Source: an uncultured Pseudomonadota bacterium
GTDB lineage: Bacteria; Pseudomonadota; Alphaproteobacteria; RF32; CAG-239
Direction of reading: 5' to 3'
Assembly: GCA_949295005.1 (NCBI GenBank)
Contig: CASFJL010000004.1
Span: 1-60,808, forward strand
DNA: 60,808 nt
This document shows positions 49,875 to 59,536 of the stretch, one piece after another. The translations under genes and the position numbers were made by a program. The notes under the pieces were generated by a model. It ran no database searches, had not been told where the DNA came from, and saw only the letters and a list, made by a program, of their open reading frames with translations. How positions within the stretch are numbered: the stretch's first letter is position 1; the number at the start of each line of letters is the position of its first letter.

Positions 49875-50780
49875 CTATTCAATATTCTGTACTTGTTCTC
49901 TGAATTGTTCTATGAGAGTTTTTAACTGCATTCCCAAGTTTGTAAGCTCAATATCGCAAGACTTTGAGCAGGTTGTATTAGCTTCTCTATTAAGCTCTTG
50001 GCACAAAAAGTCTAATCTTCTGCCCACGGCCTCATCTTTATTTAACAAATCTTGAGCGGTTAAAATATGGGCTTTCAATCTATCCACTTCTTCCTGAATA
50101 TCGGCTTTTGCCACATACATGGCCACTTCTTGAGATAACCTGTCTTCAGAAACCGCATGGGACGGATCCAACAAAATTTCCAGCTGAGCCAACAACTTCT
50201 GTTTTATTTTTTCAGGTTGCGATTGAGCAATTATTTCAACTTTTTTGACTATATTATCAATATTTGACAGAATATCAAGCAAAGCTTTTTTTATTTTTTT
50301 TCCTTCTTCTTCTCTGTCTTTTTTTAGGTTCTTACAAGCATTTTCAAACACAGCCAACAATTGCTTTACCAAAATTGCGGTATCTTCCTCAGAAAGGGAT
50401 TCATCTTCAAAAGAAAAAACATTTTTTATATTAAGCAAATCTGTTGTTGAGGGTTTTTGCAGTTGATTAGGATAAGTTTCATACAGTTCAATAGCTTTTA
50501 ATGTCAAAACAGACAAGAGTTTGTCATCAATCACTATCTTTTGCGCAGACACATTAGAAGACAAATCCAAAAACACACTAAAACTTCCGCGGGTAAAATA
50601 TTTTTGCAAAATTTCTTTACATGCGGGCAACAAAGAAAACTCCAACCAAGACGGAAGCTTAAACTTCACATCCATAGACTTATTATTAACCGTTTTAATT
50701 TCCCAAAACCAATTAAAATCAGAATTATTCAGAAGACACTCCCCTTTTTCACGAGCAAAACCGGTCATACTCGCAATCAT
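49875..50780 (-). CDS. YicC/YloC family endoribonuclease
   Basis: SMTGFAR, KADIQEEVDRL, GRRLDFLCQELNREANTTCSK, EQFREQVQNIE; upstream of gmk. Confidence 0.93.
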   Translation of the reverse strand: MIASMTGFAREKGECLLNNSDFNWFWEIKTVNNKSMDVKFKLPSWLEFSLLPACKEILQKYFTRGSFSVFLDLSSNVSAQKIVIDDKLLSVLTLKAIELYETYPNQLQKPSTTDLLNIKNVFSFEDESLSEEDTAILVKQLLAVFENACKNLKKDREEEGKKIKKALLDILSNIDNIVKKVEIIAQSQPEKIKQKLLAQLEILLDPSHAVSEDRLSQEVAMYVAKADIQEEVDRLKAHILTAQDLLNKDEAVGRRLDFLCQELNREANTTCSKSCDIELTNLGMQLKTLIEQFREQVQNIE

Positions 50781-50862
50781 TTCCTTTATCCTCCTTAAAC
50801 TTTTTATTAGTATTTGCTTATTATACTTTCCAATCGTTAACAGTCATTTAAGGAAGAACAAA

Positions 50863-51753
50863 ATGCAAAACCGCAATTTAAATATTTTGATTACCGGCGC
50901 ATCTTCCGGTATCGGCGAGGCTTTGGCCATACATTATGCCAAAACAACCGCCAAAAATTTATTTATCTGCGGAAGAAATCCCGACCGGCTTAAAATTGTA
51001 GAAAACAAATGCCGCAACTTTGGTAGTGTTGTATATAGCAAAATTGTTGATGTAACAGATAAAGAAACTATGTGTGAATGGATAAAAGAATGCAATAATA
51101 TTGCCGAATTAAATCTGGTTATTGCCAATGCCGGTATCGGGGTGGTGAATGAAACCAATCAAGCCATTTATAATACGTTTAATACCAATGTTTTCGGCGT
51201 ATTAAACACTGTTTTACCAACCATAGATATTTATAAAAATAATATCATCAACAAGAAAAAAGACACTTCTTCTTTAGACCGCTTCATTACCAATATGAAG
51301 AATAAAAAACAAGCTTTTTATGTTCCGTTCTGGGATAAAATTCGCTTGAGCAAAAAGGGCAATGAATATTTTCATTTACACAATCACAGTATTGCTATTG
51401 TAAGTTCCATTGCCGGTTATCATGGATTGTCTACCTGTCCGGCCTATAGCGCAACCAAAGCCTGTGTCAAAGCTTGGGGCGAGGCTTTACGCATAAAACT
51501 CCGCAAAGACGGTATCAACGTCAGTGTCATCTGTCCCGGATTTGTTCGCTCGCGCATTACAGATAAAAACACCTGTCCGATGCCCTATTTTATGGAAGGT
51601 GATGTTGCTGCAAAAATCATAGCCAAGGGCTTGGAAAAAAACAAAGGTATTATTGCTTTTCCGTGGCAACTTAGATTCGCCACTTGGTTAGTTTCTATTC
51701 TACCCAATTGGCTAAGCGATAAAATTTATGCCAAATTACCAAACAAAGCCTGA
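50863..51753 (+). CDS. SDR family oxidoreductase (start reassigned to MQNRN)
   Basis: TGASSGIG, ANAG, SS, YSATK, PGFV; AAGGA RBS before ATG 50863. Confidence 0.9.
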   Translation: MQNRNLNILITGASSGIGEALAIHYAKTTAKNLFICGRNPDRLKIVENKCRNFGSVVYSKIVDVTDKETMCEWIKECNNIAELNLVIANAGIGVVNETNQAIYNTFNTNVFGVLNTVLPTIDIYKNNIINKKKDTSSLDRFITNMKNKKQAFYVPFWDKIRLSKKGNEYFHLHNHSIAIVSSIAGYHGLSTCPAYSATKACVKAWGEALRIKLRKDGINVSVICPGFVRSRITDKNTCPMPYFMEGDVAAKIIAKGLEKNKGIIAFPWQLRFATWLVSILPNWLSDKIYAKLPNKA

Positions 51754-51766
51754 GCAATCAGGCTTT
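51745..51766. terminator. Bidirectional terminator formed by the two gene ends
   Basis: AAAGCCTGA-GCAA-TCAGGCTTT. Confidence 0.7.
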
Positions 51767-53041
51767 TTCTTTTTTGAGTTTTTTTTGCAAATAAAACAAA
51801 ATCAACAGCCCAGGAAGTGCCATCAGAGTTGTGATGATAAAGAACATACTCCAACCTGTCACTTTCACCAGCGCACCGGAAGTAGAAGCAAGTAAGTCTC
51901 GCGCCAAAGACATAAAAGCAGAAAGAAGCGCATATTGCGTTGCCGTATAAGCCGTATTGCATAGAGAAGAAATATAAGCCACAAATGCGGTTGTACTCAT
52001 TCCACCAGCCAAATTGTCAAGAGAAACCGTCCCCATCAGCAAATATAAATCATTACCGACATTTGCTTGCCAAACATACATCAGTGTTGTCAAACCTTGA
52101 AGAACACTTCCGAGATACAAACTTTTGACAATGCCAAAGCGGTTAACAATAACACCACCCAAAATACCACCAATAATGGTTGCCGCCATACCATAAAATT
52201 TGGTTACAAAAGCAATTTGTCCTTTGGTAAAGCCCATCGCATCATAAAAAGGCATAGTCATCGGAACCATATAAGCATCACAAAGTTTATAAAACATCAC
52301 AAAGAGCAAAACAACACACCAAGACGGACGCGTAATAAAATCAGCAATCGGACTTTTAACTGCCGTTTGATAAAAGTTTTTCAGTCTTTGGATAAAATTG
52401 CCTTCAAACTTAAGTTTCTGCTCTTTACTTTTCTGCGGTTCTCGAGAACATAAAATCGTCACCATACCCAAAACCGCACCCAAAGCCATGCAAACATAAA
52501 CTTCATTCCATGTTAAAATGGTTGCCAAAAGCAAAGCTACAGCACCCGAAAATACAGAACCGATACGGTATCCCAAAATAAACATAGCTGTTCCTGCCGC
52601 TTGGTCACGGTTATCAAAACTCTCCACACGATAAGCATCAAGAACAATATCTTGCGTTGCCGAAGCAAAAACGGTTAGAAGAGCCAAAAACATCATCAAA
52701 TAAACAGATTGCTCAGGCTCGACCGATGCCATACTCAAAATGGCTAAAAGCAAAAATATCTGCGAAAAGACAGCCCAACCGCGGCGACGTCCGAGTTTTG
52801 AAAATAAAGGAATATTAAATCTATCCACCAGAGGAGACCATAGCCATTTGAAACTATACGGTGTTTTAACCAAAGAAAACAGCCCTATCATCTCAAGCCC
52901 AACGCCGGAATCCGTCAGCCACAGAGCCAAAGTTCCGCTCACAAGCAAAAACGGAAAACCGCTGGAAAAACCCAAGCCGATCATCGTCAGCATGCGCCAA
53001 TCAAAATAAACTGCTAAAGAATTTTTCCATTTTTGAATCAT
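51758..53041 (-). CDS. ampG: AmpG muropeptide MFS permease
   Basis: LGFSSGFP, KWLWSPLVD, GRRRGW, SATQDIVLDAYRVE, TATQYALLS. Confidence 0.93.
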   Translation of the reverse strand: MIQKWKNSLAVYFDWRMLTMIGLGFSSGFPFLLVSGTLALWLTDSGVGLEMIGLFSLVKTPYSFKWLWSPLVDRFNIPLFSKLGRRRGWAVFSQIFLLLAILSMASVEPEQSVYLMMFLALLTVFASATQDIVLDAYRVESFDNRDQAAGTAMFILGYRIGSVFSGAVALLLATILTWNEVYVCMALGAVLGMVTILCSREPQKSKEQKLKFEGNFIQRLKNFYQTAVKSPIADFITRPSWCVVLLFVMFYKLCDAYMVPMTMPFYDAMGFTKGQIAFVTKFYGMAATIIGGILGGVIVNRFGIVKSLYLGSVLQGLTTLMYVWQANVGNDLYLLMGTVSLDNLAGGMSTTAFVAYISSLCNTAYTATQYALLSAFMSLARDLLASTSGALVKVTGWSMFFIITTLMALPGLLILFYLQKKLKKEKA

Positions 53042-53164
53042 TTTTTCACCTCAAAAATGACCATAACTTAAATAAGTTAATAAATCATAATTTTGCACAT
53101 GGCTTTTGTTGTTTTTTCAACCCATTATAAAAAATCATAAAAAGTATATTTACAAGCTTTAGAT

Positions 53165-53212
53165 ATACTATATATAGTGTTGACCAGAAAACAACAATAC
53201 ACAATATAGAAT
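53165..53212 (+). promoter_or_regulatory. Tandem NrdR boxes
   Basis: ATACTATATATAGTGT (53165) and ATACACAATATAGAAT (53197), 32 nt apart, resembling acaCwAtATaTwGtg, directly upstream of nrdA. Confidence 0.75.
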
Positions 53213-53231
53213 AACAAAGCAAGGAAAAGAT

Positions 53232-55514
53232 ATGACGCAAAATCAAAAAATTACCAAAAGAAATGGTCAAATTGTAGATTTTGACTTAAACAAAATCACT
53301 CGTACCGTTGAACGCGCTTTAGATGGTTTTGATTTGGATAAAAACAAACTGATTGAGACGATTCCCTCTTTTTATACCGAAAATATGCCCTCTCAAGAAA
53401 TTAACAAAGCCCTCATTTTAAGCGCTTTGAATTTAACTTCGGTTTTGGAGCCTGATTGGAAAAACTTTGCCGGTCGTCTGAAAATGTTTGACCTCTATAA
53501 GGAAGTTAAAAACTATAGAAAAACCGACAAAGCTGTTCCTTATGATTATGAAAAGTTTTTAGATTTTGCCATTCAAAACAATGTTTATTCATCTGTAATT
53601 CAAGAAAAATATTCCAAAGAAGAAATTAAAGAGGCAGCATCTTTCATTCAACCCGAACTAGACTTGGTTTATGATTATGCCGGCGCCAACTTGCTCATCA
53701 AAAGATATTTGTGCGAGTTTGATGACCATATCGTTGAACTGCCGCAAGAAATGTTTTTGAGCATTGCATTGTTGATTGAACAAAACGAAGATAAAGCCGT
53801 CCGCATGGCTCAAGTCAAAGACACTTATCTCAAATTAGCCGACCGCAAAATCTCTTTGGGTACACCTTTATTAATGAACTTGCGCCGCCCGAACGGCAAT
53901 TTGAGCTCTTGCTTTATCACCGTTATGGATGATAATCGTGATTCCATTTTTTATGTTATCGACCAAATTTCCGCCATTTCCAAATTCGGCGGCGGCGTGG
54001 GTGTCAATATCTCTCGCGTTAGAGCCAAAGGCGCTCGCATCAAAGGCATCAAAAACGCCTCCGGCGGCGTTATTCCTTGGATTCGCATTATTAACGACAC
54101 CGCTATTGCCGTCAACCAACAAGGCAAACGCAAAGGGGCTGTTACTGTTTCTTTGGATATGTGGCATTTGGATATTGAAAACTTTTTGGAACTCCGCACC
54201 GAAAACGGCGACCAACGCATGAAAGCTTATGACATTTTCCCGCAAGTGGTTATTCCCGATTTGTTTATGAAAAAAGTTGAGAATAATGAAAAATGGCTTT
54301 TGGTTGACCCGCAAGAAGTCCGCACCAAATATCATCAAGAAATTGCCGACTTATGGGGTGAAGAATTTGAAAAACTCTATAATCAACTTTATTTTGATGC
54401 AGAGTTCGGCAATCTTGAAATGTTCAAGTTTGTACCGGCCAAAGAGCTTTTGAAACGCTTGATGAAATCGCAAGTAGAAACCGGCATGCCCTATATTGCT
54501 TTCAAAGATACCTTAAACCGTTACAACCACAACAAACATGACGGTATCATTGTCGGCACCAACCTCTGCACGGAATCTCACAGTAACGTTCGTCCGGCTA
54601 AATTTGGCAAAAAGAGAATTGAAAACGGCAAAATCATCTCTGAAACTTACGATGGTTTGGTTCACGTTTGCAATCTGGTTTCCATCAACCTGGCAAACGT
54701 AAACAGTGATGAAGAATTGGAAAGCATCTGCCAAACTTCCGTTCGCATTTTGGATAATGCCATCGACTTTACACAAGTGCCGATTATGGAAGGTTCTTTG
54801 CACAACCAAAGATACCGCACCATCGGTATCGGCGCCATGGGCTTGGCAGACTATTTGGCTAAAAACAACATTCCTTACGTTAACTCTGCCGATGTTGTTG
54901 ATGACTTGTTTGAAAAAATGGCCATTTACAACATCAAAGCCAGCATCAATGTTGCCAAAAACAAAGGCACTTTTGGAGCATATCAAGGCTCAGATTGGCA
55001 AAAAGGCATCATCTTGGGCAAAACCCAAGTTTGGTTCAACGCCAACTCCAAATACAAAAAAGACTGGAATGAAATTTATGAAAACTTACAAAAATACGGC
55101 ATTCGCAATTCACAAATTTCAGCGATTGCACCAAATACCAGCTCTTCTTTGATTCAAGGCTGCACCGCTTCCGTTTTGCCGATATACAGCAAATTCTTTG
55201 TAGAAACGCATGGCAAAGGCAGCATTCCGAACTGTCCGCCATTCATCAAAGACAAATTCTGGTTTTATCAAGAAAATCGCAATATCGACCAAAGAAAAAT
55301 TGTTGAAATTATGTCTCGCATCAACAAATGGATTGATACCGGTATTTCTATTGAGCTGATGTACAATCTCAACCGCGACATCAGAGCCAAAGATATTTAT
55401 GAAACCATTATGTCTGCTTGGAAAAAAGACATTAAAACACTGTATTACACCCGCACCATTCAAAAAGACGGCTCTTCTGCCGCCAAAGAAGAATGCGTCA
55501 GCTGCGCCGGATAA
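53232..55514 (+). CDS. nrdA: Class I ribonucleotide reductase alpha subunit
   Basis: ATP-cone-like start KRNG, LSSCF, GGGVG, TNLCTE, VCNLVS, APN, KTLYY, C-terminal CVSC. Confidence 0.96.
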   Translation: MTQNQKITKRNGQIVDFDLNKITRTVERALDGFDLDKNKLIETIPSFYTENMPSQEINKALILSALNLTSVLEPDWKNFAGRLKMFDLYKEVKNYRKTDKAVPYDYEKFLDFAIQNNVYSSVIQEKYSKEEIKEAASFIQPELDLVYDYAGANLLIKRYLCEFDDHIVELPQEMFLSIALLIEQNEDKAVRMAQVKDTYLKLADRKISLGTPLLMNLRRPNGNLSSCFITVMDDNRDSIFYVIDQISAISKFGGGVGVNISRVRAKGARIKGIKNASGGVIPWIRIINDTAIAVNQQGKRKGAVTVSLDMWHLDIENFLELRTENGDQRMKAYDIFPQVVIPDLFMKKVENNEKWLLVDPQEVRTKYHQEIADLWGEEFEKLYNQLYFDAEFGNLEMFKFVPAKELLKRLMKSQVETGMPYIAFKDTLNRYNHNKHDGIIVGTNLCTESHSNVRPAKFGKKRIENGKIISETYDGLVHVCNLVSINLANVNSDEELESICQTSVRILDNAIDFTQVPIMEGSLHNQRYRTIGIGAMGLADYLAKNNIPYVNSADVVDDLFEKMAIYNIKASINVAKNKGTFGAYQGSDWQKGIILGKTQVWFNANSKYKKDWNEIYENLQKYGIRNSQISAIAPNTSSSLIQGCTASVLPIYSKFFVETHGKGSIPNCPPFIKDKFWFYQENRNIDQRKIVEIMSRINKWIDTGISIELMYNLNRDIRAKDIYETIMSAWKKDIKTLYYTRTIQKDGSSAAKEECVSCAG

Positions 55515-55534
55515 GATATTAAAGGACAACAAAA

Positions 55535-56569
55535 ATGCAAAGAAAAAAACTTTTTAACATTGAAGGAAATGATGATGTTTTGCAACGCAAAATGATTGCC
55601 GGCAACGTCACCAACTTGTTCAACTTAAACAACGTAAAATATCAATGGGCAAACAAGCTCTATCGTCTGATGATGGAAAACTTCTGGATTCCGGAAAAAG
55701 TTTCGCTTTATGATGACAAACGCTGCTATGACGAGCTCACACCTTCAGAGCAAAACGCCTATGACGGCATCTTGTCCTTTTTGGTTTTCTTGGACAGTAT
55801 CCAAACCAACAACCTGCCAAACATTTCCGACTATATCACCGCACCTGAGGTCAACCTCATTTTGGCCATTCAAACTTATCAGGAAGCCGTTCACTCCCAA
55901 AGCTATGCTTATATCATTGAGAGTATTATTCCGGCAGAAAAAAGAGCCACGATTTATGACCGTTGGCGTGAAGACAAAGTCTTGCTTGAGCGCAATAAAT
56001 ATATTGCCGAAATCTATCAAAAGTTTGTAGATGACCGTAACGATGTTAACTTTGCTCGCGTGTTGGTCGCAAACTTCCTTTTGGAAGGCTTGTATTTTTA
56101 CAACGGGTTTAACTTCTTTTACAATCTGGCTGCCCGTTCCCTGATGATTGGCACGGCAGATGAAATCAAATACATCAACCGCGATGAGTTAACCCACTGC
56201 GTTATATTCTCAAATATCATCAAAGAAATTCGCAAAGAAAGACCGCAATTTTTCAATGATGATGAGATTTATGATATGTTTCGCAAAGCCACCGAGCAAG
56301 AAATTGCTTGGAGCAATCATATTATTGGAGACCAAGTTTTGGGCATCACCCCACAAACCATTGAACAATACACCAAGTTTATGGCCAACAAACGCTTGAA
56401 AGAAATCGGCTTGAACCCAATTTATGAAGGCTTTAACGAAACCCCGTATAAAAATTTGGAAAAAATCTCCGATACAAATGGAGAAGGCAATGTAAAGGGC
56501 AACTTCTTTGAAGCCAATGTTTCTTCCTACAATCAATCCACCGCGGTTGAAGGTTGGGACGAAATTTAA
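55535..56569 (+). CDS. nrdB: Class Ia ribonucleotide reductase beta subunit
   Basis: FWIPE, LDSIQ, QEAVHSQSY, LEGLYFYNGF, INRDELTH, NFFE...Y. Confidence 0.95.
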   Translation: MQRKKLFNIEGNDDVLQRKMIAGNVTNLFNLNNVKYQWANKLYRLMMENFWIPEKVSLYDDKRCYDELTPSEQNAYDGILSFLVFLDSIQTNNLPNISDYITAPEVNLILAIQTYQEAVHSQSYAYIIESIIPAEKRATIYDRWREDKVLLERNKYIAEIYQKFVDDRNDVNFARVLVANFLLEGLYFYNGFNFFYNLAARSLMIGTADEIKYINRDELTHCVIFSNIIKEIRKERPQFFNDDEIYDMFRKATEQEIAWSNHIIGDQVLGITPQTIEQYTKFMANKRLKEIGLNPIYEGFNETPYKNLEKISDTNGEGNVKGNFFEANVSSYNQSTAVEGWDEI

Positions 56570-56576
56570 GCAAAAT

Positions 56577-56600
56577 AAAAGGGCTGATTTTCAGCCCTTT
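56577..56600. terminator. Bidirectional terminator
   Basis: AAAGGGCTGA / TCAGCCCTTT. Confidence 0.85.
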
Positions 56601-56624
56601 CTTTTTTAAACAGCATAATTAAAA

Positions 56625-57086
56625 CTATTGTTTATTTTGTTTAGATTGATAAACCGCCGCAAAATCTATTGGATTTAACATAAACGGCGGCAAGCCTGCT
56701 TCCATTAAAGAAGTTGTAATTATTTGACGTGCAAACGGGAACAACATTCTAGGAATTTCAATACCCAAAACAGGGTCAACATGCTCTTTTGGAACATTGA
56801 GTTGCACAACGGCGGCATAAGTTAATTCAATAATAAAAAACTTCTTTTCAGCCGCATCAGCATTAATTGAAAAACTCAATTCCACATTAAAATAGTTTTC
56901 TTCCAAATGCTTAACATCAACATTTACATCCACCTTCACATCAGGGTTTTGTTTAATTTCTTTAAAAATCTCAGGGGCATAAGGAATTTCCAAAGAAAAA
57001 TCTTTAATATATTGGTTATTAATAACAATAGCCGGCAAATGTTGTTTATTTTGAGGTTGATTATCTTGTTGCATTTTCATCTCCAA
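56625..57086 (-). CDS. secB: Protein-export chaperone SecB
   Basis: QYIKDFSLEIP.AP, P.MLFPFARQII, PPFMLNPIDF. Confidence 0.95.
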   Translation of the reverse strand: MEMKMQQDNQPQNKQHLPAIVINNQYIKDFSLEIPYAPEIFKEIKQNPDVKVDVNVDVKHLEENYFNVELSFSINADAAEKKFFIIELTYAAVVQLNVPKEHVDPVLGIEIPRMLFPFARQIITTSLMEAGLPPFMLNPIDFAAVYQSKQNKQ

Positions 57087-57241
57087 AAAAATAAATATTA
57101 ATCAAGAAATACTCTTAAAAATTAAATAGGTCAATTATTTAGATATTTATTAATAAAAATAATATATATTGCGCAAAGGAGAAAAAAACCTTATATTTAA
57201 TAAAAAAATAAAGAACAGTTGATAAAGGAACAAAAAAAGAC

Positions 57242-57895
57242 ATGGGACAATATCTTGATATCATCATTTTATTATTAGTCGTCATCATGATTTTTCAAAG
57301 ATTAAAATCTGTTCTGGGCTCTCGTCCGGAAAGTACAAAATTATCAGATGAAAGTGCAGCAAAAATTTTTGATATCATCATGAAAGAAGCAGAAAAACAA
57401 AAACAAAAACAATCAAATACTCAAAAAACAGAAGATATAAAAGATATTAATTTGTCAGAGACCAAAAAAACACTTTTATCCATCCCAAATTTTGAAGAAA
57501 AAAGCTTTTTAAATGGTGCCAAAAAAGCTTTTGAAATGATTTTAACTGCTTTCAGCAAGCAAGATTTAGAAACTTTAGAAATGTTGGTTAATAAATCTTT
57601 ATATAAAAAATTCAATGAAATAATAGAACAAAGAAAAGCAGAAGGCATCACTTCTGAAATGGATTTTATCGGATTTAAAAAAGCAGAGATAATAGAAGCC
57701 AAAATAACAAAAACAAACTTAGCCAAAATTACGGTTGAGTTTATATCAGAACAAGTTAATTTGCTCAAAAACAAAGACGGTAAAATAATACAAGGAGATG
57801 ACCAATACATCCAAACCATAAATGACAAATGGACATTTGAGAGAGCATTAACATCAACCAACCCAAATTGGACATTGGTATCAACAAAGAAATGA
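57242..57895 (+). CDS. Tim44/TimA-like protein
   Basis: RLKSVLG.R, FL.GAKKAFEMI..AF, WTFER....PNW.L. Confidence 0.9.
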   Translation: MGQYLDIIILLLVVIMIFQRLKSVLGSRPESTKLSDESAAKIFDIIMKEAEKQKQKQSNTQKTEDIKDINLSETKKTLLSIPNFEEKSFLNGAKKAFEMILTAFSKQDLETLEMLVNKSLYKKFNEIIEQRKAEGITSEMDFIGFKKAEIIEAKITKTNLAKITVEFISEQVNLLKNKDGKIIQGDDQYIQTINDKWTFERALTSTNPNWTLVSTKK

Positions 57896-59046
57896 AAAAA
57901 TTATTCAAAATTTTGTTTTTATGTTGTTTGATAGTTTCTTGTAAAGAGCAAAAAACTGTTCAACACGTTGCAAAAGATTTAGAGCTCAAAGAAGCAAGTT
58001 ACCAAGATTTGAAAAACTGGCAAAAAGATGATATAAGTTCAGCCATAAAAGCGTTTAAAAAATCTTGTTTGCAAATCAACAAAAAAAATTCAGAATATAT
58101 AGATTCAAGCTCAGAAATAAAAATAAACACAAAAACATATAAAAAACTTTGCCAAGCAATTGAACATATATCACCGCAAAATTATAAAAAATTTATAGAA
58201 GAAAATTTTTCTCCTTATTTAGTCAAATATCAAGGTTCGTCTGAAGGCAAATTTACCTCTTATTATGAAGCAAAACTCTTTGCCTCATATAAAAAATCAG
58301 ATAAATATAAATATCCGGTTTATGGTCTTCCGTTTGATTTAATTGAAATCAACCTGCAAGATTTTGATAAAACTTTGCCCAATAAAAGGTTGGTCGGCAG
58401 AATAAAAAATCAAAAATTTATACCATATTACACAAGAGCCGAAATTCATGAAAAACCGCTCAATGCCCCTATTCTGCTCTGGGCAGATAATGAGGTTGAC
58501 ATATATGTTATGCAGATTCAAGGCTCAGCAGTTGCACATATGGAAGATGGTTCAGAAATTCGTATCGGTTATGCAGAAAACAATGGTCATCCATTTAAAG
58601 GCATTGGCAGTATTTTGCTTGAAGAAAAAAAAATAAATGCCGGACAAGCATCTATGGCAAAAATAAAACAATGGCTTAAAGAAAATCAAGATAAAGCAAT
58701 AGAGCCAATGAATAAAAATAAAAGATATGTTTTTCATAGATTAATTAATGCCGATGGCCCTATCGGAGCTCAAGGCGTATCTTTAACAGCCGGAAGAAGC
58801 TTGGCCGTTGACAGAAAATATATTCCTTTAGGCGCATTATTATGGCTTGAGACAACCGGACCGGATAAAGAAAACATCAACAAGCTTGTTGTTGCCCAAG
58901 ATGTCGGAGGCGCCATCAAAGGAGCTGTTCGAGGAGATTATTTTTGGGGCAGCGGCGGAGATGATATTTTGGTAAAAGCCGGAAAAATGCATTCAAAAGG
59001 ACAATATTATATATTACTACCCAAAGCGGAGAATATAAATGATTAA
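57892..59046 (+). CDS. mltA: Membrane-bound lytic transglycosylase MltA
   Basis: Lipobox IVSC, FTSYYE, MQIQGS, RSLAVD, QDVGGAIKG.VRGDYFWG; ATGA overlap with the Tim44 gene. Confidence 0.93.
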   Translation: MKKLFKILFLCCLIVSCKEQKTVQHVAKDLELKEASYQDLKNWQKDDISSAIKAFKKSCLQINKKNSEYIDSSSEIKINTKTYKKLCQAIEHISPQNYKKFIEENFSPYLVKYQGSSEGKFTSYYEAKLFASYKKSDKYKYPVYGLPFDLIEINLQDFDKTLPNKRLVGRIKNQKFIPYYTRAEIHEKPLNAPILLWADNEVDIYVMQIQGSAVAHMEDGSEIRIGYAENNGHPFKGIGSILLEEKKINAGQASMAKIKQWLKENQDKAIEPMNKNKRYVFHRLINADGPIGAQGVSLTAGRSLAVDRKYIPLGALLWLETTGPDKENINKLVVAQDVGGAIKGAVRGDYFWGSGGDDILVKAGKMHSKGQYYILLPKAENIND

Positions 59047-59536
59047 TAAAGCAGATAAAATGGCCTTCAAAGCCTTAAAGACGGCAGTTGAAAAAGACAA
59101 ATTAAGAATTTATATGGACTATGGCAAAATAAATCGTCCGGGTTCTCCCATATATGACCCATGGGAATGCTTACTCCCGATATTAATTCCCACATTAATC
59201 GGACTAATGCTGATTATATGTGTTGGCGTTATATTTGGCTTATTGTTCATAGTTGCAATGATGATGATTTATACCACATATTTCAAAAAAAAGCTTTATA
59301 GAAAAGTGATAGAGAGAGCCAAAATATATCTAACCTCGTCTATTGAACATTGTGAAGAATTATGGAAATTTGGCGGATTAGTTTTAGTAAATTCAGAAAA
59401 CAAAAAGCTTGGTTGTGTTTCTCCGGAAGGAAATTGGAAAGAATTTGTAATTTTAAACTTTTCAGATTATATGTTAGAAAAAACAGAAAGCAAACCGCAA
59501 GAAAAAAATGAAGAACAAACAACCTCAGATAAGTAA
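59039..59536 (+). CDS. Hypothetical membrane protein
   Basis: Central TM hairpin; overlaps both neighbours, implying translational coupling. Confidence 0.75.
   Translation: MINKADKMAFKALKTAVEKDKLRIYMDYGKINRPGSPIYDPWECLLPILIPTLIGLMLIICVGVIFGLLFIVAMMMIYTTYFKKKLYRKVIERAKIYLTSSIEHCEELWKFGGLVLVNSENKKLGCVSPEGNWKEFVILNFSDYMLEKTESKPQEKNEEQTTSDK

Noticed and set aside
50521-50862. 114-aa N-terminal extension of the SDR ORF
   Set aside because: It overlaps yicC on the opposite strand; the RBS and Rossmann motif place the start at 50863
53871-56536. Several 90-157-aa antisense or alternate-frame ORFs in nrdAB
   Set aside because: Expected by-product of codon bias in the real genes
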